Source: Acidobacteriota bacterium (GTDB lineage Bacteria > Acidobacteriota > Thermoanaerobaculia > Thermoanaerobaculales > Sulfomarinibacteraceae). From it: 64,000 nt of DNA. The DNA lies in contig JAJDNM010000043.1 in the NCBI GenBank assembly GCA_022340665.1, forward strand, positions 29,489-93,488, written 5' to 3'. Both the position numbers and the translations under genes were made by a program. Below are positions 8,914 to 18,891 of the stretch, one piece after another (the stretch's first letter is position 1; the number at the start of each line of letters is the position of its first letter). The notes beneath the pieces are model-generated. The model saw only the letters and a program-made list of their open reading frames with translations, was not told where the DNA came from and made no database searches.

Positions 8914-10325
8914 GCACTCTCCTCTTCGACCTGGCTCGCCTCGACGCCGAAGAGGGCGTAGAAATGAGCCAGCACGAGCTGTCCGAGGAGGAGCCTCTTG
9001 TATTCTGCCGAGCCACGGACGTCCGAGATCGGGGTAATCTCTTTGCGCGCCTGCGTAGCAGCGTGGCGCGCGGTTGCCGCGTCCGGCTCTCGCCCGGAAA
9101 GAGACTCACTTGTGGCCGGGAGCAGGGCCGGAATCGGCGCGACACCGCCGGCGGACAGGCTGGCCGAATGGATGCGTCCGTCCACCATCTTCAAACGGAG
9201 AGCGGTATTCACGCTCGCAATGTCGAGGTAGGTACGCTTGCTCACCTTTTCGAAGTTGAAGAGGTCATCTTCGGCCGGGGCTTTGAACCGAACCCACTCG
9301 ACGATCTCCCGCGCTTCGAGGTCGAGCTCCTTGTAGCCAAGGAAGAACCGGTGGAGCGGGAGTAATCTTCGTTGATCGCCTTTGGCGAGGCCCAACTCCG
9401 CGTCGAGGGAGAGAAACACGATGGTCATGTCTCCGATCGGCGAAGCGTTGACGATATTCCCTGCGATCGTCGCCCGCTGGCGGATCGGCAAGGAGCCCAT
9501 CAAACGCATCGACCGCTCGATGCCCGGCACGCTCTCGCTCAGGATCTTCGATCGCTTGATGTCTTCGGCCGTCGCGGTGCCCGCGAGGTAGACATGCTCA
9601 CCGTCGCGCCAGATGGGCGTGTCGGTCTCCACCGGCAGCGCCCAGAGGTCTGCGGTCGGCAGCTCTGAGGGCTTTTGCACGTAGAGGTCCGTGCCGCCGG
9701 CGACGATCACCTGCGACGCCGCTGGTGGTCCGTCTGGAGGACGGATCTCGAGTCCTTCGAAGAGATCATTGACGCGAAGGAAATAGTCTGGGAGGAAGCC
9801 TTCCCTCACCAGAGCCGGGATCCGCTCTTCTGCGGGATCGACGGTTTGCTGGAGGTGATCGATGACGCTCGAGAGGGCTCGTCGAATCGAGGCGTAACCG
9901 GTGCAGCGGCAGATATTACCCGCGATTGCCTCGATCGCCTCGTCTTCTGCCCACAGTTTTGACTCGAGGAGGTGGCCAGTTAAGGAAACTATGAAGCCTG
10001 GCGTACAGAACCCACACTGGGAGGCTCCCTCCTCGACAAAGGCGGCCTGGATAGGTCCGAGGGCTCTGCGGTTGAGACCTTCGACAGTGACAACGTGGTG
10101 GCCGTGCAACGCTGCGGTCGGGAGAAGGCATGAAGTGACGACGCGGTAGTCAAAGGATATACCGACCCGTCGCCCGAGAAGGACGACGCACGATCCGCAG
10201 TCTCCCTCGCGACAGGCGTGTTTGACGCCTCTGAGCTGGGCCGTCTCTCGAAGGTAGTCGAGCGCAGGCAGACCCGGGGGGGCATCGTCGTCCACCAAGC
10301 GGTCGTTGAGGGCGAACTTTAGCAT
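8910..10325 (-). CDS. xdhA: xanthine dehydrogenase small subunit ([2Fe-2S] + FAD-binding domains)
   Basis: 471 aa. Motifs: CREGDCGSC, CGFCTPG, CRCTGY, then an FAD-binding-5 type region (VAGGTDLYVQ). Confidence 0.85.
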   Translation of the reverse strand: MLKFALNDRLVDDDAPPGLPALDYLRETAQLRGVKHACREGDCGSCVVLLGRRVGISFDYRVVTSCLLPTAALHGHHVVTVEGLNRRALGPIQAAFVEEGASQCGFCTPGFIVSLTGHLLESKLWAEDEAIEAIAGNICRCTGYASIRRALSSVIDHLQQTVDPAEERIPALVREGFLPDYFLRVNDLFEGLEIRPPDGPPAASQVIVAGGTDLYVQKPSELPTADLWALPVETDTPIWRDGEHVYLAGTATAEDIKRSKILSESVPGIERSMRLMGSLPIRQRATIAGNIVNASPIGDMTIVFLSLDAELGLAKGDQRRLLPLHRFFLGYKELDLEAREIVEWVRFKAPAEDDLFNFEKVSKRTYLDIASVNTALRLKMVDGRIHSASLSAGGVAPIPALLPATSESLSGREPDAATARHAATQARKEITPISDVRGSAEYKRLLLGQLVLAHFYALFGVEASQVEEESA

Positions 10326-10361
10326 CGGTTTCCCTGAGAGTTGATCTCGATTCTCAGGATA

Positions 10362-12497
10362 TCACGACGGCGTAAAGGTGCGATCGAGGAAATCGGCGAG
10401 ATCCGGCGCGGACAGGGGATGGGCCAGGTAATAGCCCTGACCGTAGTGGCATCCGAGATCGAGGAGGCTGTCCATCTGTCCCCGGGTTTCGATGCCCTCG
10501 GCGACCACGTCGAATGTCAATCCCAGCCCGAGTCGGAGGATTGCCTGCACGAGCGCCGATGCTCCCTCGTCCGACTCGATCTCTTCGACGAAGATCTTGT
10601 CGATCTTGACAACGTCGACCGGGAAGCTCCGCAGGTAGCTCAAGGACGAGTATCCGGTTCCGAAGTCGTCCAGGGCGAGCTTGACGCCGAGAGCCTTGAT
10701 GGCGCGGAGCTTGCTGGCTGCCTGTTCCACGTCGTGCATCATCACGCTCTCGGTGATTTCGAGAACGAGATTCGCCGGCTCGAACCCGGACTCGAAAAGG
10801 TCGGACGCCAGGGTTTCGACGAAGTCGGCCTGGCGGATGCTGGTCGGAGAAAGGTTGACGTGCGCGGCAGCGGGCCTTTTGACGAACACCGACTCGTTGA
10901 GCTCCTTGACCTTCTCACAGGTGCGCCGGAGGACCATCCGGTCGATCTTCGGCGTGAGGCCGGCCTCTTCCGCGAGGGGTATGAATTGCACGGCGGCGAT
11001 CACGCCACGGTCCGGATGAATCCAACGGACCAGCGCCTCGAAGCCGTGAATGGACAGATCCGAAAGCCTCATCAACGGCTGAAAATAGACGTCAAGGCCC
11101 TTGTTGTCGATCGCATACCGGAGGTCCTGTTCGAGATCGAGGCGGGTGAGGGCGCTCGAGTGCATCGACTGCTCGAAGACCACGATCTCGGACCGTCCGC
11201 GTTCCTTGGCCTGGTGCAGGGCGGTGAAGGCGTTCCGCATCAGATCCTCGGGCCGCATTTCGTTGGTCCGCGAGAGAGCGATACCGACGCTGGCGGTGAA
11301 TTTCACCTCTCGTCCTTCGAGAGCGAAGGGCTTTGCCAGATCACCGAGAATTCGATGCGCGGCTGCTATCGCCTCTCCGTCGTCGCGGGCTTCGAAAAGG
11401 ACCGCGAACTCGTCGCCGCCGAAGTGGGCCACCGAGTCGCCCGAACGCACGCTGTTGACCATCCGGTCCGCGACCGCAACCAGGATCTCGTCACCTGCCG
11501 AGTGCCCGAGGCTGTCATTGATTCGTTTGAAATCGTCGAGGTCGAGGAACATCAGCACGACTGCGTGACCCGGAGGGCGTCGTCGCGAAATGCTGTTGCC
11601 GACCCGATCGAGCAGAAGGGCCCTGTTCGGAAGGCCCGTCAACGGGTCTCTCAATGCTTGTAAGTTGCTTTGGTCAATGGCCTTGCGTTGGGCCTCGTAG
11701 TCGCGAACGATGCGAATCGCGGTGCCGGCCCGTTCGCCGAAGAGACTCACGGCACGCAGGTCCCGGTCGGAAAAATGTCGATCACTCCGAGCATTGATAT
11801 TGAGGACTCCGAGCAGCTCGTCACCGGAGGTCAGAGGAACGCAGAGCGCGCTCTCCGGTCGGGGTCTCTCCTTTTTGTAATGTTTCCAGTCGAACGTACC
11901 TCGCACCAACACCGGCTCCCGAGTGGCGGCGACCTTCCCCGCAATTCCTTCGTTGAGGGCGACTCTGGCACCTCGGGCGGGGCTGTTGTCGGTGGCGCAC
12001 ACCGTGCGCAGCTCGTTTTCGGTATGCAGGAGCATGATCGAACCGCTGTTTCCGTCCAGCAGATCCATCGAGCAGGCGAGGATCGTGTTCAACACCTGCT
12101 CGACATTGAACCGCACTCCGGTTTCAGGGCCGGTGTCCGGCAGCCTATGGGCCTCTCTCAGGCTGTTGCTGAGAGCCGCGGTAAGGACCTGCTCGTTCAC
12201 CAGCTCCTCGGTCCGCGCGCGAAGATCGAGCTCCTTGCGGATCAGGTAAGCGCTGAAGAGAATGACCAGGACTACCACGCCGAGGGACCCGATCGTCTTC
12301 ACTGGAGTGAGAGAAGCCCCATCATCGCCCCAAAGCAGGATCATGCTGAGGATCGTGACCGTGACAACGAGAATCCCCAGCACCATGCCCCAGAGCTGGA
12401 GGCGCCGTTTGGCGATCATGCCGAGATTCAGCTTTTCGAAGCTGCCGAGGCCGGCGACATGGCCTTTCGAGGCGTGCTCACCACCGCTCGGCGTCAT
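10362..12497 (-). CDS. membrane sensor with GAF-GGDEF-EAL domains (c-di-GMP turnover)
   Basis: 711 aa. It has two N-terminal TM helices, a GAF-like region, a GGDEF domain (HFGGDEFAVLF) and an EAL domain (EITES...DDFGTGYSSLSYL). Confidence 0.85.
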   Translation of the reverse strand: MTPSGGEHASKGHVAGLGSFEKLNLGMIAKRRLQLWGMVLGILVVTVTILSMILLWGDDGASLTPVKTIGSLGVVVLVILFSAYLIRKELDLRARTEELVNEQVLTAALSNSLREAHRLPDTGPETGVRFNVEQVLNTILACSMDLLDGNSGSIMLLHTENELRTVCATDNSPARGARVALNEGIAGKVAATREPVLVRGTFDWKHYKKERPRPESALCVPLTSGDELLGVLNINARSDRHFSDRDLRAVSLFGERAGTAIRIVRDYEAQRKAIDQSNLQALRDPLTGLPNRALLLDRVGNSISRRRPPGHAVVLMFLDLDDFKRINDSLGHSAGDEILVAVADRMVNSVRSGDSVAHFGGDEFAVLFEARDDGEAIAAAHRILGDLAKPFALEGREVKFTASVGIALSRTNEMRPEDLMRNAFTALHQAKERGRSEIVVFEQSMHSSALTRLDLEQDLRYAIDNKGLDVYFQPLMRLSDLSIHGFEALVRWIHPDRGVIAAVQFIPLAEEAGLTPKIDRMVLRRTCEKVKELNESVFVKRPAAAHVNLSPTSIRQADFVETLASDLFESGFEPANLVLEITESVMMHDVEQAASKLRAIKALGVKLALDDFGTGYSSLSYLRSFPVDVVKIDKIFVEEIESDEGASALVQAILRLGLGLTFDVVAEGIETRGQMDSLLDLGCHYGQGYYLAHPLSAPDLADFLDRTFTPS

Positions 12498-12653
12498 CCG
12501 CGCACTCCATTCCTCGACATAATTCTGTTTCGCTCAAATCCGTACAAAAAGGTCTCGGACTCTTTGAGTCATGCTCGTAAGCCCGTACAAATAGCTTATC
12601 ACGAAGACATTTGAGGGCCATTTCACGTCGTTCGCCGTCCTCGCCACGAGAGC

Positions 12654-12668
12654 TCATGAATAATGCGG
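12654..12668. repeat. solo copy of the 15-nt motif TCATGAATAATGCGG, directly after the yfcC stop codon
   Basis: Identical to 20299-20313 and to the reverse complement of 20142-20156. Confidence 0.8.
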
Positions 12669-12669
12669 A

Positions 12670-14100
12670 CTAGAGATTGATGGCGACTGCCACCGCCATG
12701 AAGACCGCGGCGAGGCAGAGGAGCATGAGCAGGAGCGGTACCATGAACCGGAGCCAGCGATCGTAGGGCACCTTGCCGAGACCGAGCGAAGCCATCAGGA
12801 TGCCGCTGGTCGGAATCACCATGTTGGAGAAGCCGTCCCCGCAGGTGAAGGCAAAGACCGCGGTCTGGCGGGTCAGCCCGAGCACGTCGGAAAGCGGCGC
12901 CATCAACGGCATGGTGACTGCCGCCTGCCCGGATCCGGAGGGTATGAAGAAGTTGAGCACGGTCTGGACAAGTAGCATGCCCTCGGCGGCGAGGTACCTG
13001 GGAACGTGCTGCAGGAGGGCGGCGGCCGAAAAGATCAGGGTGTCGAGGATCTGGCCATCTTCGAGCACGATGGTAATGCCGCGAGCGAATCCAACTACCA
13101 GGGCCGCCACCGTCATCTCCTCCATGCCTCTGATGGCGGCGAGAGTCGCCGCTCGAACCGGCAGGCGTGTCACAACGACCGCAACGATGCCCATGAGGAA
13201 GAATCCGCCGGCCATCTGGGTTAGCCACCAGCCCAATTCCTGAACCGCATACAGGATGAATACGAAAATGGCGATGCACGATCCGAGGACTACCAGGTGC
13301 GAGGTTCTGAGGGCCGGCGGCTCCACGTTGTCGCTCGGCAGGACGAAATCGTCATTGGCCATCAATGACGTTGACGGATCGCGCCGGATCCGATTTCCGT
13401 AGCGGAGCATGTAGGCGAGGGTGACGGCCATGCAGCAGACGAAGAACAGGATGCGGAATGATATGGCGCTGTTCAGCGGCAGCCCGGCGATATCCTGTGC
13501 GACATTGACGGTGAAGGGATTGGTGGTCGCCGCAGCGAATCCGACCGCCCCGGCGACATAGACCAGAGCCACGCCGAAGATCCGGTCGCAGCCGATCTCC
13601 TTGGCCACGATCAGGAAGATCGGCACCAGGGGGATGAACTCCTCGCCCATGCCCAGAGTCGAGCCGCCGATGCCCATGGCAACCATGAGAACCATGGTCA
13701 GGAGCTGCCAGGATGACCGGAGTCGGTTGAGGATCGCGCCGAGGATTGCCGGGATGGTTCCGGTTTCCTGGAGAATTCCGAAGACTCCACCGATGATGAA
13801 GATGAAGAAAATGATGTCAGCGGCCTGCACCATGCCGCGCGGAATGGCGCTGAGGAACTCCTCCAGGCTGGTCGGGCTGGCCATGCCGGGGGTTTCGTTT
13901 CTGACCAGGAGGCCCTTGGCGGTGTAGCTCTTCGGCAGCGTCTGGTAGGTGTCGGGCACGAGGACGGTGCGATTCTGTTGATTGACGGTCCGCGTTTCTC
14001 GCTCGTATTCGCCCGAGGGAACGATGAATGTCGACAGGCTGCAGACGAAGATGACACCGGTCAGCAGGGTGAAGACGTGTGGAACCTTGATGGCCTTCAT
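12670..14100 (-). CDS. YfcC/DcuC-type anion/peptide permease (C4-dicarboxylate anaerobic carrier superfamily)
   Basis: 476-aa polytopic membrane protein. The N-terminus MKAIKVPHVFTLLTGVIF and the overall pattern match what I recall of the YfcC family. Confidence 0.7.
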   Translation of the reverse strand: MKAIKVPHVFTLLTGVIFVCSLSTFIVPSGEYERETRTVNQQNRTVLVPDTYQTLPKSYTAKGLLVRNETPGMASPTSLEEFLSAIPRGMVQAADIIFFIFIIGGVFGILQETGTIPAILGAILNRLRSSWQLLTMVLMVAMGIGGSTLGMGEEFIPLVPIFLIVAKEIGCDRIFGVALVYVAGAVGFAAATTNPFTVNVAQDIAGLPLNSAISFRILFFVCCMAVTLAYMLRYGNRIRRDPSTSLMANDDFVLPSDNVEPPALRTSHLVVLGSCIAIFVFILYAVQELGWWLTQMAGGFFLMGIVAVVVTRLPVRAATLAAIRGMEEMTVAALVVGFARGITIVLEDGQILDTLIFSAAALLQHVPRYLAAEGMLLVQTVLNFFIPSGSGQAAVTMPLMAPLSDVLGLTRQTAVFAFTCGDGFSNMVIPTSGILMASLGLGKVPYDRWLRFMVPLLLMLLCLAAVFMAVAVAINL

Positions 14101-14158
14101 CGGTGCTCCATTTGCCGAGCGTTGGATCCGCGGGTGGTGGCATCCGTGAACACCCAGA

Positions 14159-15016
14159 TCACCTGGAAGGGAGGAGGTCCTCGTCCTCCGAAAGTACCCG
14201 GTTGATCCTCGAAAGCGCGCTGAGAGTTTCCTCGCGGTGGTTCGTCGCGACCTCTGTGGCGAGGGCGTTGATGAGCACGGTGAACGCTGCGACCGCGTTG
14301 GTGAACATCATGTTGTCGCTTTTCACCGCCAACGTCCAGCTCGCGAGGTTGGAGGCGGGTGAGGTCAAACGGTCGCTGACAGCGATGGTTTGAATCTGCA
14401 GGTCGACGGCGTCTCGCAGCAGAGTCAAGCTCTGTCTCGAGTAGGGTGGGAGCGAGAACACCATCAGGACATCGTCGGGACCGATTCCCACGAGTTGTTC
14501 CCGCGGAGACGAAAAGGCCGTTGAAAGATTGGTCGCTCTGACCCCGACCTGCATGAGGGCATAGGCCGCAAGCTCGGCGAGAAGCGCCGACACGCCCAGA
14601 CCGAAGGTGTGGACCCTGTGACTTGTGAAGAGCGCTTCCGCCACCTGGGCGAAGTGCTCACGGTCGAGTGACTCGACGGTCCGTCCAATATTGCCGATCT
14701 CAAGTGACGCAACAGAGGCAAGAAGGTCGTCCGCAACCGCTTCTGTCGGTGAACCGGTCCCGTTGGTGAGGCGATTCTGCAGCAGGTCCACGAGCTCCAT
14801 CTTGAGCTCGGAGAAACCGGGGTAGCCGAGCCGCTGGGCGAATCGGACCACCGTGGCCTCGGATGCGCCGGTCCTCCGTGCGAGCTCGGGTACGGAGAAG
14901 AATGGCACCGTCGTGAGATGTTCCAGCACGTACTCGGCGATCACCTTCTGCTGCGGAGGAAGATCCGCTGCGCGATCGATCAACCGTTCTCTGAACTCTT
15001 TCTCGGGCGATTCCAC
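14159..15016 (-). CDS. MurR/RpiR family transcriptional regulator (HTH + SIS domain)
   Basis: 285 aa with an N-terminal HTH_6 type segment (IAEYVLEHL...SVPELARRTGASEATVVRFAQRLGYPGFSELK) and a C-terminal SIS domain. Confidence 0.85.
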   Translation of the reverse strand: MESPEKEFRERLIDRAADLPPQQKVIAEYVLEHLTTVPFFSVPELARRTGASEATVVRFAQRLGYPGFSELKMELVDLLQNRLTNGTGSPTEAVADDLLASVASLEIGNIGRTVESLDREHFAQVAEALFTSHRVHTFGLGVSALLAELAAYALMQVGVRATNLSTAFSSPREQLVGIGPDDVLMVFSLPPYSRQSLTLLRDAVDLQIQTIAVSDRLTSPASNLASWTLAVKSDNMMFTNAVAAFTVLINALATEVATNHREETLSALSRINRVLSEDEDLLPSR

Positions 15017-15110
15017 CGGTATGCCTCCCTCCGCGATGCCCGGATTCTAGCCCGTCAAACCCGTTGCGGCCAATGTCGGTGACGCCTGAACTCCTCCGCC
15101 GTTTCGGGAG

Positions 15111-15139
15111 TTGACATCCGGGTTGGTGCACCGTATTCT
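15111..15139 (+). promoter_or_regulatory. candidate sigma70-type promoter of the TonB-receptor/cyanophycinase/M20 operon
   Basis: TTGACA (15111-15116), a 17-nt spacer, then TATTCT (15134-15139), followed by an AT-rich leader. Confidence 0.5.
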
Positions 15140-15158
15140 GACCACATGATAGGAAAAA

Positions 15159-15182
15159 TTTCATCTGATATCAATTGTGAAA
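15159..15182. promoter_or_regulatory. imperfect palindrome, candidate operator (RpiR-family?)
   Basis: TTTCATCTGATATCAATTGTGAAA, centred on GATATC, lies between the promoter and the Shine-Dalgarno sequence of the receptor gene. It is divergent from rpiR. Confidence 0.35.
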
Positions 15183-15212
15183 GATTTTATTCATAGGCGG
15201 AAGGAGTTAGTC

Positions 15213-17963
15213 ATGAAGGGGAGAAACCTGGTCGTCGTTTCACTTGCGTGCACGGCTCTCGTCCTGTGGGCGCAACCATCGGCCGCCCAGGGTGCGACCT
15301 CGGGCAGCATCCGGGGAGTCGTCACTGACCCTGACGGTCTGGCGACACCCGGGGTCACGGTGGTCGCCATTTCCGGCGCTTTGGTTACCGGAAGGCAGGC
15401 AACGGTGACGGGAAGCAACGGGGTGTACCGTTTCCCGTCCTTGCCGCCGGGGATGTATGAGCTTCAAGCGAGCCTGGCGAGTTTTCAGACCGTACTGCAG
15501 CAGAACGTACAGGTGGCTTTGGGCCAGAATATCGAGGTCAACCTGCAGCTCGGCAACCTGTCCATAGAGGAGGAGATCGTGGTCGTCGCCGAGACCGTTC
15601 AGGTCAACACGGTTTCCAACAAGGTCGACTTCAACGTGGCCGAGAGCTTCATCGAGCGGCAGCCGGTTTCACGTGATCCGGTAGACCTGATGAACTACGC
15701 ACCCGGAATCGAGAGTTCGCGTGCCTACGGTGCACCGTCGTCGGCCCAGAATGCCTACAACGTGGACGGCGTCGACGTCTCCGACCCGGAGCTCGGATAC
15801 CAGTGGTTCCTGCCGAGCATCGACTGGGTGCAGGAGGTGCAGGTGGCGGGCCTGGGTGCGGACGCCGAGTACGGTGGCTTCACCGGTGCGGTGGTCAACG
15901 TGGTCACCAAGTCGGGGGGCAACACCTTCCACGGTGACGTGCGCGCCTACTACTCCGACGGCAGCCTGAACTCCGACAACGCGCCGCCGAACGTGGAGGG
16001 GACGGACACGCTGGCTTCCGACCTCGAGATCAGTGCCAGCTTCGGCGGCCCCGTCGTCACGGACTCGCTCTGGTACTTCCTCTCCGGGAGCTGGCGCGAC
16101 CGGACGCTGGAGCCCTTCTACAACGCCGGCGCGCCGACCGACGACCGGGCGGAGAACCAGCGGACCTGGACCCGCGGTCTCGGCAAGCTCACCTGGCAGC
16201 TCGATGACGCGAATCGTCTGATGTTCCTGGTCGACTTCGATGGTGTGGTCAATGATTACCGGTCCGTCGGGGGCGGCACCCTGGCCAGCGCGGCCGTGCG
16301 GCAGGAGTCGCCGAACTACGTCTACAACCTGTCGTGGGAGTCCCTGATCACCGACAACAGCTTCATTTCAGCCAAGGTCACCGGTTTCGTGGGTGAAGAC
16401 GACTACCTGCCGTACCACGGCGACACGCCCCACCGGTATGACCGCGAGTCCCGTTTCAGCTGGCAGAACACGCACCCGACCGAGCACAAGGACGTCGATC
16501 GGACCGCCTTCGACGGATCGTGGAGCCTCTTCGCGGACGGCTTGCTGAGCTCGAGCGACTCGCACAACTTCAAAATCGGCGTCAACTACGAGAGCTTCGG
16601 AACCGACTATGTGACGGTCCGCAACGGCGGATTCTCCTACTACGACGACTCCTGGAACTGCGACTCTCTCGATCACTACTTCGCCGACCCGTTCTGTGGC
16701 GTCTACTCGTCGGATTGGGGCGGCGAGTGGGACCTGCACGGTGAGATGAGCGGCTTGCACGCCTACGTCCAGGACGCCTGGAAGATCGGCCATTTCGCGA
16801 TCAATCTGGGTGTCCGGTACAGCCAGTACGACGGCAAGTTCAAGAACGTCAGCGGCACCGTCTACGACGAGGACATGTGGGCGCCGCGATTCGGCTTCGT
16901 GTGGGATCTCACGGGCAGTGGCAAGGCGGCTCTGAAGGCCCACTACGGCCGCTACTACGAGGGTATGACCGTAACTCTCTACGACCGGGAGGAGTCGGGA
17001 GATGCGCGTACCGACGCCGAGTATTACGACTACAACATCGACACCGGCGAGTTCGACGACTACGCCGGGGGCTCGGTTCTCGCTCGAGCGATGATGGACC
17101 CGAACGTCGAGCATCCCTACGTCGACCAGTTCGTCGCCACCTTCGAGTATCAGCTTGGCAGCGACATGCTGGTGGGGGTCGACTACATCAACCGTGAGAC
17201 TCACGACATCAACGCCATGGTGGTCTCGAACGTGGCCGACTACGACGCCTACGTGGCGCCCGACAACCCGCTCGGTGGAGGCGACCTGCCGTTCTTCGAG
17301 CTGGTCTACCCGCAGGAGAACCTGATCACGAATCCCGAGGAAGCGACCCGCGAGTACGACGCTGTGACGCTTCGCTTTCGCAAGCGGTACTCGAACGGCT
17401 GGTCGATGGACGCCTCGGCGGTGTGGTCCGACCTCACCGGCACTGCGGACTATGGCGTGAACGGCTACGGCACCGGCTTCGACGATCTCAACGGCTTCGT
17501 CAATGCCGACGGCAACCTGCCCGACAACTCCGATCTCGTGGTCAAACTGTCGGCGTCGGTGGACCTGCCGTGGCGGATGATGCTCTCCGGCTTCTACCAG
17601 TACCGCAGCGGCTTTTACTGGACCCCGTACGTCATCGTCGAGGGGCTGTACTACAACGATCGCGAGGCGGTGTACATGACGCCGCGCGGCTCGCGCCAGT
17701 ACCCCGACCGCTCGGTCCTCGATCTCAGGCTGCAGAAGGAGTTCGGGCTCGGCGGTGACATGGACTTTGCCGTCTTCGTCGATGCCTTCAACCTGCTCGA
17801 CGCGGACGAGGTGACGAACGTCAACGAGGGCTGGGGCTGGTACGTCTACGATTGGGAAGACCACCCGGGCAACAGCTTCTGGGATCCCTCCTCACGCTTC
17901 GAGGAGGTGGAGGGCATACAATCGCCGCGAACCGTCCGCATCGGCGCCAAATTCTCCTGGTAG
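15213..17963 (+). CDS. TonB-dependent outer-membrane receptor with N-terminal carboxypeptidase-regulatory-like domain
   Basis: Signal peptide MKGRNLVVVSLACTALVLWAQPSAAQG, then a CarboxypepD_reg fold (GSIRGVVTDPDG...YRFPSLPPGMYEL), then a long beta-barrel ending in ...RIGAKFSW. I chose the ATG at 15213 because a GGAAGGAG Shine-Dalgarno sequence precedes it. The ORF track starts at 15177. Confidence 0.8.
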   Translation: MKGRNLVVVSLACTALVLWAQPSAAQGATSGSIRGVVTDPDGLATPGVTVVAISGALVTGRQATVTGSNGVYRFPSLPPGMYELQASLASFQTVLQQNVQVALGQNIEVNLQLGNLSIEEEIVVVAETVQVNTVSNKVDFNVAESFIERQPVSRDPVDLMNYAPGIESSRAYGAPSSAQNAYNVDGVDVSDPELGYQWFLPSIDWVQEVQVAGLGADAEYGGFTGAVVNVVTKSGGNTFHGDVRAYYSDGSLNSDNAPPNVEGTDTLASDLEISASFGGPVVTDSLWYFLSGSWRDRTLEPFYNAGAPTDDRAENQRTWTRGLGKLTWQLDDANRLMFLVDFDGVVNDYRSVGGGTLASAAVRQESPNYVYNLSWESLITDNSFISAKVTGFVGEDDYLPYHGDTPHRYDRESRFSWQNTHPTEHKDVDRTAFDGSWSLFADGLLSSSDSHNFKIGVNYESFGTDYVTVRNGGFSYYDDSWNCDSLDHYFADPFCGVYSSDWGGEWDLHGEMSGLHAYVQDAWKIGHFAINLGVRYSQYDGKFKNVSGTVYDEDMWAPRFGFVWDLTGSGKAALKAHYGRYYEGMTVTLYDREESGDARTDAEYYDYNIDTGEFDDYAGGSVLARAMMDPNVEHPYVDQFVATFEYQLGSDMLVGVDYINRETHDINAMVVSNVADYDAYVAPDNPLGGGDLPFFELVYPQENLITNPEEATREYDAVTLRFRKRYSNGWSMDASAVWSDLTGTADYGVNGYGTGFDDLNGFVNADGNLPDNSDLVVKLSASVDLPWRMMLSGFYQYRSGFYWTPYVIVEGLYYNDREAVYMTPRGSRQYPDRSVLDLRLQKEFGLGGDMDFAVFVDAFNLLDADEVTNVNEGWGWYVYDWEDHPGNSFWDPSSRFEEVEGIQSPRTVRIGAKFSW

Positions 17964-17975
17964 CGAAAACCCGCG

Positions 17976-17995
17976 GGGCGGCCTCCGGGCCGCCC
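17976..17995 (+). terminator. GC hairpin after the TonB-receptor gene (weak terminator or attenuator, no U-tract)
   Basis: GGGCGGCC-tccg-GGCCGCCC, 13 nt after the stop codon. The downstream sequence is tgctgactcttcc. Confidence 0.3.
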
Positions 17996-18018
17996 TGCTG
18001 ACTCTTCCCGGAGGCACG

Positions 18019-18891
18019 ATGATGCGTCAGCTGACCCTCGTATCTCTAGTTTTCTGCCTGGCCGGCCTCGCCGCTGCGGATGAGGAAGTGGCGCGCGGAC
18101 ACCTGGTGCTCAACGGAGGAGGCTCCAAACCCGATGTGGTGATGGAGAAGTTCATCGAGCTCGCGGGCGGGCCGCAGGAGCGGATCGTGATCTTCCCGAC
18201 CGCCTCGGAAGAGGCCGATACCGGCGAGTACTACCGGGATCTGTTCGCCAATTACGGTTGCTCGAACGTCGTGGTTGCAGCGGTCCACACCAAGGCGGAT
18301 GCACTCGACACCGATCTCGCGGTACGGGTTGCCGAAGCTCGGGGAATCTGGTTCTCGGGGGGAGATCAGCGCCGGATCACCAACGCCCTTCTCGACTCGC
18401 CCGTGGGTGAGGCCGTGGTTGCTGCGTTCGAGGGTGGAGCGGTGGTCGGCGGAACATCGGCCGGCACCGCCTGCCAGAGCGCGCTGATGATCACCGGCGA
18501 CGGCGACTTCACGGTCCTCAACGCCGACAACATCGAGCTCCGGCGCGGACTGGGGTTGTTCGAGGGCGTGATCGTCGACCAGCACCACGTGGCCCGCCGG
18601 CGTAATAACCGCCTCATGTCGGTGGTGTTGGAGCACCCGGAACTGCTCGGCGTCGGGGTGGATGAGGCGACCGCGGTATGGGTTCGTCCCGACTGCACCT
18701 TCGAGGTCCTCGGTGACGGGTGGGTCATCGTCTACGACGCCACCAGGGCGAAGATCACCCGGGCGCCACAGAACCGGCTCGGGAGACCGTTGGGGGCGCA
18801 AGGACTGATTACCCACGTACTCCTCCCTGGAGATGTTTTCGATGTTCGGAAAAGGGCGGTGATTCGATCATCAGCCGAGGGTAATCGATGA
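18019..18891 (+). CDS. cphE: secreted cyanophycinase / peptidase S51
   Basis: Signal peptide MMRQLTLVSLVFCLAGLAAA. Motifs: LNGGGSKP, IVIFPTAS, WFSGGDQRRI, and the catalytic-Ser motif GGTSAGTA. Start may be 18022. Confidence 0.78.
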   Translation: MMRQLTLVSLVFCLAGLAAADEEVARGHLVLNGGGSKPDVVMEKFIELAGGPQERIVIFPTASEEADTGEYYRDLFANYGCSNVVVAAVHTKADALDTDLAVRVAEARGIWFSGGDQRRITNALLDSPVGEAVVAAFEGGAVVGGTSAGTACQSALMITGDGDFTVLNADNIELRRGLGLFEGVIVDQHHVARRRNNRLMSVVLEHPELLGVGVDEATAVWVRPDCTFEVLGDGWVIVYDATRAKITRAPQNRLGRPLGAQGLITHVLLPGDVFDVRKRAVIRSSAEGNR

